From positions 6,810,193 to 6,874,192 of the forward strand of contig CM082595.2 in the NCBI GenBank assembly GCA_040954595.2: 64,000 bases of DNA, read 5' to 3'. Shown one piece after another: positions 55,830 to 64,000 of this stretch (position 1 is the stretch's first letter; every line of letters starts with the position of its first letter). The notes below the pieces were generated by a model. The model was not told where the DNA came from and made no database searches. It saw only the letters and a program-made list of their open reading frames with translations. Source of the stretch: Balanoglossus misakiensis (Eukaryota > Animalia > Hemichordata). A program made the position numbers and the translations under genes.

Positions 55830-58800
55830 AATATAGCTGCAAGCAGCGATGACGGGCACAAGCTTAAGCCGAAGGTCAAAGGTCATATGTGGTCACCCAA
55901 AATTTGGGCAAAAAGTTTTGACCCCTATACTAGTCCAGGTGCAACAGAAACCAGACCTCTAGCCCTATTGGTTTGTCTGAAATTATATATGCGCATAATT
56001 AATGATGTAAAGTGTAAGACTCCATTAATAGTTCGATCCATCCAAACACAAATGCTGTACCTGTCCTGGATGCCGAGATATAGGAAAGTAGGTCAAAGGT
56101 CACCTGAGGCCACCTGAAAGTTGGGCAAAAAATTTTGACCCCATACTAGTCCAGGTCCAAGAAAAACCAGACATCTAACCCTATTGGTTCGCCTAGAATT
56201 AGATATGCACATAATTAATGAGGTAAAGTATGAGGCTCCATTAGGAGTCACAACCCTCCAAATGCCAAAGCTGTATCTGTGCTGGTTGCCGAGATATGGT
56301 AAAGTAGGTCAAAGGTCACCTGAGGTCACCCAAAATTTGGGCAAAAATTTTTGATCCCATACTGGTCCATGTTCAACAAAAATCAAACCTCTAGCCATAT
56401 TGGCTAGCCTGGAATTAGGTATGCACATAATTAATGAGATATGCAGGTGTCACAGGTGACCTTCAATTTTGTCTTTTCAATTTTAGTCACAACCCTTCAA
56501 ACGCCAAGTCTGTACGTGCTGTGGATGCCGAGATATAGGAAAGTAGGTCAAAGGTCACCTGAGGTCACCCAAAATTTGGGCAAAAAATTTTGATCCCATA
56601 CTGGTCCATGTCCCACAAGAACAAAACCTCTAGCCCTATTAGTTAGCCTGGAATTAGGTATGCACATAATTAATGAGTTAAGCAGGTGTTACAGGTGAGC
56701 CCAAAATTTTGCCTTTTATTGTGGTCCCATTCTGCTCACGGGCCAATAGAGAGTCACTATACAGGACCATTGCACAGCCAACGTGGACATAGCGTGATAG
56801 CTTAACTATAGAAAGTATAGGCCTATGGCTGGGTCCAAAAATATGAAAAATAAAAAAATCTTCTCAAAATAGACTTGGCCCACGGCCTTGACATTTGGCA
56901 TGTAGGACACTGACCACATGGTCCGCAAAAATCGCTTAAAGAATTTTGATATCTCCATTCATATGCAAATTAGGCCCATTTGAAAACTTTGCCCATATAT
57001 GGTCATCAGGTCACATGACTTATTAAACATTCACGAGGGTACTGCACCAGCCCTCATAGGCCTGCACCACTGTGCCAAGTTTGAGATTTGTAGGTTCAGC
57101 CGTTTTCAATATCCTGTTGGGCAAAAAAACGACACAAGAAAAAAAAAAAAGATGAAAAACCCCAGTAATACCAATAGGGCACAAGCCTGCTTGGCTTGTG
57201 CCCTAAAAAATATACCTGCAAGCAGCGATGACAGGCACAAGCTTAAGCCGAAGGTCAAAGGTCATATGTGGTCACCCAAAAATTGGGCAAAAAGTTTTGA
57301 CCCCCATACTAGTCCAGGTCCAACAGAAACCAGACCTCTAGCCCTATTGGTTTGTCTGATATTAGATATGCGCATAATTAATGATGTAAAGTGTAAGACT
57401 CTATCAATAGTTCGATCCATCCAAACACAAATGCTGTACCTGTTCTGGATGCCGAGATATAGGAAAGTAGGTCAAAGGTCACCTGAGGCCATCCGAAAGT
57501 TTAGCAAAAAATTTTGACCCCATACCAGTCCAGGTCCAACAAAAATCAGGCCTCTAACCCTATTGGTTCGCCTAGAATTAGATATGCACATAATTAATGG
57601 GGTAAAGTATAAGGCTTCATTAGGAGTTCCATGCCTCCAAATGCCAAGGCTGTATCTGCGCTGGTTGCCGAGATATGGTAAAGTAGGTCAAAGGTCACCT
57701 GAGGTCACCCAAAATCGGGCAAGAAATTTTAACCCCATACTGGTTCATGTTCAACAAAAATCAAACCTCTAGCCCTATTGGCTAGCCTGGAATTAGGTAT
57801 GCACATAATTAATGAGATAAGCAGGTGTCACAGGTGACCCCTAATTTTGTCTTTTCAATTTTAGTCACAACCCTCCAAACGCCAAGTCAGTACCTGCTGT
57901 GGATGCCGAGATATAGGAAAGTAGGTCAAAGGTCACCTGAGGTCACCCAAAATTTGGGCAAAAATTTTTGATGCCATACTGATCCATGTCCCACAAGAAC
58001 AAAACCTCTAGCCTTATTAGTTAGCCTGGAATTAGGTATGCACATAATTAATGAGTTAAGCAGGTGTTACAGGTGAGCCCAAAATTTTGCCTTTTATTGT
58101 GGTCCCATTCTGCTCACGGGCCAATAGAGAGTCACTGTACAGGACCATTGCACAGCCGACGTGGACATAGCGTCATAGCTTAACTATAGAAAGTATAGGC
58201 CCATGGCTGGGTTCAAAAATATGAAAAATAAAAAAATCTTCTTCTCAAAATAGACTTGGCCCACGGCCTTGACATTTGGCATGTGGGACACTGACCACAT
58301 GGTCTGCAAAAATCGCTAAAAGAATTTTGATATCTCCATTCATATGCAAATTAGGCCCATTTGAAAACTTTGCCCATATATGGTCATCAGGTCACATGAC
58401 TAATTAAACATTCACAGGGATACTGCACCAGCTCTCATAGACCTGCACCATTGTGCCAAGTTTGAGATTTGTAGGTTCAGCCGTTTTCAAGATCTACCTG
58501 AGCAAAAAAACTACACAAGAAAAAAAAAAAAAAAATTAAAGCTGCAAGCAGCGTTGAAGGGGCCCAAGCATAGTGTGAATAACCATTAGACTCCATTCAG
58601 TGTTGTACAATTCAAATGCGTAGGCTGTATTTGCTCTCGATGTTGAGATATTGGGAAGTAGGCAACCACCCGTAATGCATGTCCTACAAGTACAAACACA
58701 ACAACCAAAGGTGAACTTCTACGTTGTAAGTACTTCAGTAAGTACATCAAAGGTCAGCTGAGGTACCCAAAATTGGGACAAAAATTAGGATTCTCTTTTG

Positions 58801-60579
58801 GTTCATATTCAAGACAACGGAAAATCCCCGCCCTTTGGGTTTGTCAAATTAGATATGGCCATAATAATGAGTTATGCAAGTAAGTTACAGGTGGCCCCAG
58901 GAATTTAGCATTTCATGACACAGAGGGTCCTACCCTACCCCTCCAAACACCTGGCTATATATGATGTGCATGCTAACATATGGAAAGCAGGTCAATGGAC
59001 ACCTGACGTCACCCAAAAATTTGACAATAAATTGTCATTCCTGTTTATGTCATGTGCAACAAATCATGCATCTGCAGCCCTTCCACTTTGCCTACCATTA
59101 GGTATACATGTAATACATGAATCAAGCAGGTGTCACAGGTATCCCCTTGTATTTGGCATTTCATGATAATTTCATCCCTCCAAATACCAAAGCTGCACCT
59201 GTACAACGTGCTGAGATGTGGCACTGTACGACAGAGGTCATCCAAATCACCTTATACGTTTGGGCAAAAATCAACTGACACACATTCGTCCCTGTGGAAC
59301 AAAAACCACACATATCGCCCCGTTGGTTAGTGTAAAATTAAATGTACAAAATCAATGACTTTGGCAGGTGCAACAGGTGACCCCGCCTTTGGTATACCAT
59401 TATGGTCCTATCCGTATATCCCCCCACTCCAAACCTGCATGCATCTGCTTTTATTCACTAAGCAAAAGCAGGTGAAATGTCACATAAGGTCGCCCACAAC
59501 TTGACAGGAAAATCGGACTTCATATTGATCCATGTGCAACAAAAATCACGCTAGCATCCCTTTCATTGACCCCACAATTACGCATGCACATAATTGAGTT
59601 ACGCAGGTGACCCCCGAAACGGGCGTATTATTTTGGTCCCATACAGCTGCATGAACCTACGTGCCATTACGGGCGACCTGATAACCCCCACGGCCACCTG
59701 CGAGCCGACCCCCATACTGAACATCCAGTTGCAATGTCTTGACTGAAGCAGGAACTTTTGAACGGCAACGAAGCCTGATCTCTGATTATTGCTGGTACCA
59801 TACTCCCTTCGTGCAAGAAAATCACTGGTCTGCTTACGTATTCGGCCGATTTCCCGAACTAATACCCACTACATGTGACTACCATGCTAATGAAACCTGA
59901 CTCGCCCATTAGCGACTGAGGGTCAAAGTCCACTGCCGCAATGTTAACCAGTGTAGCCGGGTCTGGATAGAAACATTTGAACGGCAACAGCTAACAAACT
60001 CAGCGTACTTCAATAAAACGCCCTAACACAGACTGAACTCTGATAATGTGTTGTCCCAAAATTCATTCCGTGGAAAATAATCACTGGTCTGTTTACGTAT
60101 TTCAGCCGATTTTCCAACGAAGTGTGTACCCTGCTAATGAGACCTCCGCAGGATTATGTAATGACAGTGAAAGTCCGATACCCAAGTGTTCGTCCTCAGC
60201 CCACCAAAAAATGCGAAAAATATTACAAAAATCTTCTTCTCAAAATCGACTTGGCCTAGGACCTTGAAATTTGGCACAGGCGATTTTGGCCACATAGTCT
60301 ACAAAAATCGCGAAAAGAATGTACATGCCCCCATTAACGTGCACATTAGGTCAATTTGAAAATTTCGCTCGATTACAGACACAAAGTCACGTGACTAATT
60401 ACAAATTCAAAGGGCAGGTGCACTAGTACTCATGGGCCCCAACCACCGTGCAAAATTTGGTAGGCGCAGCTGCCGGAATTTCAGAGAAAAACGGGCGCAA
60501 AAAAACGACTCAAGAAGAAAGAAGAAAAACTCCAGCAATAACAGAAGGGGACCAAGCGCCTGAGGGCGCTTGGTCCCCT

Positions 60580-62294
60580 AAATATAGCTGCAAGCAGCAA
60601 TAGCGGGCCCAAGCGAACATAGCACATAGCAACATAGCAATAAGCATATCTGCTCAGGATGCCACGATATGGTAAAGTAGGTCAAAGGTCACCTGAGTTC
60701 ATGCAAAATTTGGGCAAGAAATTTTGACCCTATACTGGTACATGTTCAACAAAAACCAAACCTATAGCCCTATTATTTAGCCTGGAATTAGGTATGCACA
60801 TAATCAATGAGGTAGGCAGGTATCACAGGTGACTCCCAATTTTGCCTTTTCAATTTTAGTCCCAACCCTCCAAACGCCAAGTGTATACCTGCTCTGGATG
60901 CCAAGATATGGTAAAGTAGGTCAAAGGTCACCTGAGGTCATACAAAATTGTGGCAAGAAATTTTGACTCTATACTGGTCCATGTTCAACAAAATCCAAAC
61001 CTATAGCCCTATTGGTTAGCCTGGAATTAGGTATGCACATAATTAATGAGATATGCAGGTGTCACAGGTGACCCCCATTTTGGCTTTTCAATTTTAGTCC
61101 CAACCCTCCAAACGCCAAGTCTGTACCTGCTCTGGATGCCAAGATATGGTAAAGTAGGTCAAAGGTCACCTGAGGTCATACAAAATTTGGGCAAGAAATG
61201 TTGACCCTATACTGGTCCATGTTCAACAAAAAGCAAACCTATAGCCCTATTGGTTAGCCAGGAATTAGGTATGCACATAATTAATGAGATATACAGGTGT
61301 CACAGGTGACCCCCATTTTGGCTTTTCAGTTTTAGTCCCAACCCTCCAAACGCCAAGTCTGTACCTGCTCTGGATGCCGAGATATAGGAAAGTAGGTCAA
61401 AGGTCACCTGAGGTCACCCAAAATGTGGGCAAAAATTTTTGACCCTATACTGGGCCATGTCCCACAAGAACAAAACCTCTAGCCCTCTTAGTTAGCCCAG
61501 AATTAGGTATGCACATAATTAATGAGTTAAGCAGGTGTTACAGGTGAGCCTAAAATTTTGCCTTTTATTTTGGTGCCATTATGCTCACTGACCAATAGAC
61601 AGTCACTGTACAGGCCTATTGCACAGACCAGAATTCCACAATAAGACGTGGACATAGCTTAACCATAGAGGTATAAGTAAAGGTATAAATTTAATAAAAA
61701 AATTAATATAAAAAAATCTGTCGATTTTTCATATTATTTTTTTTCGCATAAAATTATTGACAAATGCTAGGCTAGCTGCACACCAAAGTTGGAGATGATC
61801 GGCCGAACAGATTTTGAGATATGTATGCATATTTATCGAAAATAATATGTGGTCATAGCTTTACTATGTAAAGTATAGGCCCATGGCTTGGGCGAAAAAT
61901 ATGAAAAATAATACTTAAAAATCTTCTTCTCAAAATTGACATGGCCTATGGCCTTGACATTTGGCATGTAGGACACTGACCACATGGTCCGCGAAAATCG
62001 CTAAAAGAATTTAGATATCTCCATTAATATGCAAATTAGGCCCTTTTGAAAACTTTGCCCATATATGGTCATCATGTCACGTGACTAATTAAACATTCAC
62101 AAGGGTACTGCACTAGCTCTCATTGGCCTGCACCATTGTGCCAAGTTTGAAATCTGTAGGTTTAGCCGTTTTCCAGATCTAGCTGGCCGAAAAAACTACA
62201 CAAGAAAAAAAAAAAGAAGAAGAAGAAGAAGAAGTAGAAGAAAAACCAGGATAATAACAATAGGGCCCAAGCGCTGCATGCGCTTGGGCCCTAA
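60580..62294 (-). mobile_element. Complete family-C HINE-like element (~1.7 kb)
   Basis: Left end atatagctgcaagcagcaatagcGGGCCCAAGCG; right end (AAG)n tract then hairpin TAGGGCCCAAGCGC-tgcat-GCGCTTGGGCCCTA at 62261-62293. Confidence 0.85.
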
Positions 62295-62386
62295 AAAGAT
62301 GAAAAACCCCAGTAATACCAATAGGGCACAAGCCTGCTTGGCTTGTGCCCTAAAGATGAAAAACCCCAGTAATACCAATAGGGCAC
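62295..62386 (-). mobile_element. Stack of two orphan family-A termini (one complete, one truncated)
   Basis: aaagatgaaaaaccccagtaataccaatagggcacaagcctgcttggcttgtgcccta is followed directly by agatgaaaaaccccagtaataccaatagggcac, with no element body between them. Confidence 0.85.
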
Positions 62387-64000
62387 GCAGGTGTCACAGG
62401 TGACCCCTAATTTTGTCTTTTCAATTTTAGTCACAACCCTCCAAACGCCAAGTCAGTACCTGCTGTGGATGCCGAGATATAGGAAAGTAGGTCAAAGGTC
62501 ACCTGAGGTCACCCAAAATTTGGGCAAAAATTTTTGATGCCATACTGATCCATGTCCCACAAGAACAAAACCTCTAGCCTTATTAGTTAGCCTGGAATTA
62601 GGTATGCACATAATTAATGAGTTAAGCAGGTGTTACAGGTGAGCCCAAAATTTTGCCTTTTATTGTGGTCCCATTCTGCTCACGGGCCAATAGAGAGTCA
62701 CTGTACAGGACCATTGCACAGCCGACGTGGACATAGCATCATAGCTTAACAATAGAAAGTATAGGCCTATGGCTGGGTCATAAAATATGAAAAATGAAAA
62801 CGTCTGCTTCTCAAAATAGACTTGGCCCACGGCCTTGACATTTGGCATGTAGGACACTGACCACATGGTCTGCAAAAATCGCTAAAAGAATTTTGATATC
62901 TCCATTCATATGCAAATTAGGCCCATTTGAAAACTTTGCCCATATATGGTCATCAGGTCACATGACTAATTAAACATTCACAGGGATACTGCACCAGCTC
63001 TCATAGACCTGCACCATTGTGCCAAGTTTGAGATTTGTAGGTTCAGCCGTTTTCAAGATCTACCTGAGCAAAAAAACTACACAAGAAGAAAAAGATGAAT
63101 ATAGCTGCAAGCAGCGATGACGGGCACAAGCTTAAGCCGAAGGTCAAAGGTCATATGTGGTCACCCAAAATTTGGGCAACAAAAACCAGACCTCTAGCCC
63201 TATTGGTTTGTCTGAAATTATATATGCGCATAATTAATGATGTAAAGTGTAAGACTCCATTAATAGTTCGATCCATCCAAACACAAATGCTGTATCTGTT
63301 CTGGATGCCGAGATATAGGAAAGTAGGTTAAAGGTCACCCGAGGTCACCCGAAAATTTGACAAAATTTTTTGATCCCATACTGGTCCATGTCCCACAAGA
63401 ACAAAACCTCTAGCCCTATTGGTTCACCTAGAATTAGATATGCACATAATTAATGAGGTAAAGTATAAGGCTCCATTAGGAGTTCCATGCCTCCAAATGC
63501 CAAGGCTGTATCTGCATGGGTTGCCGAGATATGGTAAAGTGGGTCAAAGGTCACCTGAGGTCAACCAAAATTGGGCAAGAAATTTTAACCCCATACTGGT
63601 CCATGTTCAACAAAAATCAAACCTCTGGCCATATTGGCTAGCCTGGAATTAGGTATGCACATAATTAATGAGATAAGCAGGTGTCACAGGTGACCCCAAT
63701 TTTGTCTTTTCAATTTTAGTAACAACCTTCCAAACGCCAAGTCTGTACCTGCTGTGGATGCCGACATATAGGAAAGTAGGTCAAAGGTCACCTGAGGTCA
63801 CCCAACATTTGGGCAAAAAGTTTTGACCCCCATACTAGTCCAGGTCCAACAAAAACCAGACCTCTAGCCCTATCGGTTTGTCTGAAATTATATATGCGCA
63901 TAATTATTGATGTAAAAAATTATATATGCGCATAATTATTGATGTAAAGTGTAAGACTCCATTAATAGTTCGATCCATCCAAACATAAATGCTGTACCTG

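Larger units (their letters stand above)
42410..64000 (-). mobile_element. Array of about 15 tandem/nested non-autonomous Helentron (HINE/DINE-1/Helitron2-like) elements of three families; continues beyond the window
   Basis: Element boundaries on + (AAATATAGCTGCAAGCAGC or AATTAAAGCTGCAAGCAGC) at ~43617, 45019, 46131, 47629, 49607, 50931, 52567, 53769, 55829, 57208, 58534, 60580 and 63098. Read on minus, each complete element is T-run + subTIR hairpin ... internal tandem repeats ... inverted subTIR + GCTGCTTGCAGC stem-loop + T-rich end. No TSD and no coding capacity. Confidence 0.85.

Noticed and set aside
43180-63652. Recurrent short ORFs in the array (MVHLELDMHIINEVK..., MQTMWSVSYMPN..., MTQRVLPY...)
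   Set aside because: They recur only because the DNA repeats. Copies are broken by stops and indels, and none shows Rep (HUH), helicase or transposase motifs.
63885-63948. 32-bp tandem duplication inside the last element
   Set aside because: Local slippage event with no further significance apparent.
42410-64000. CRISPR array, integron cassette array or poly(A) retroposon cluster as explanations
   Set aside because: Eukaryotic context, no unique spacers or cassette ORFs, and no TSDs. The A-tracts are internal to complete elements, since a hairpin terminus follows them, so they are not poly(A) tails.

Overview
Intron-containing animal genomic DNA. It looks like a marine invertebrate, possibly a deuterostome, but the species cannot be fixed from the sequence. 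Three protein-coding genes can be reconstructed exon by exon: the 3' end of a cytosolic sulfotransferase (+, 1-1914), a complete SLC7A14-type cationic amino-acid transporter (+, CDS 16835-29514, 7 coding exons), and an ephexin/ARHGEF26-family DH-PH-SH3 RhoGEF (-, 35901 to about 42409, 5' end not found). Introns and intergenic DNA carry several MITE families and mini/microsatellites. Two things stand out. (1) Between the two convergent genes is a ~195-nt GC-rich, structured minus-strand unit (32700-32894) with U6-like geometry: octamer at -215 to -222, TATA-like box at about -30, G start and T5 terminator. I cannot match it to any known small RNA. (2) From about 42410 to the end is a >21 kb non-coding array of about 15 same-orientation Helentron/HINE-like elements of three related families. 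They appear to insert into the A/T tract just inside each other's terminus, leaving 'open' bodies and stacked orphan terminal hairpins. Their ~240-bp internal unit carries a composite AGGTCA DR1+DR4 motif.
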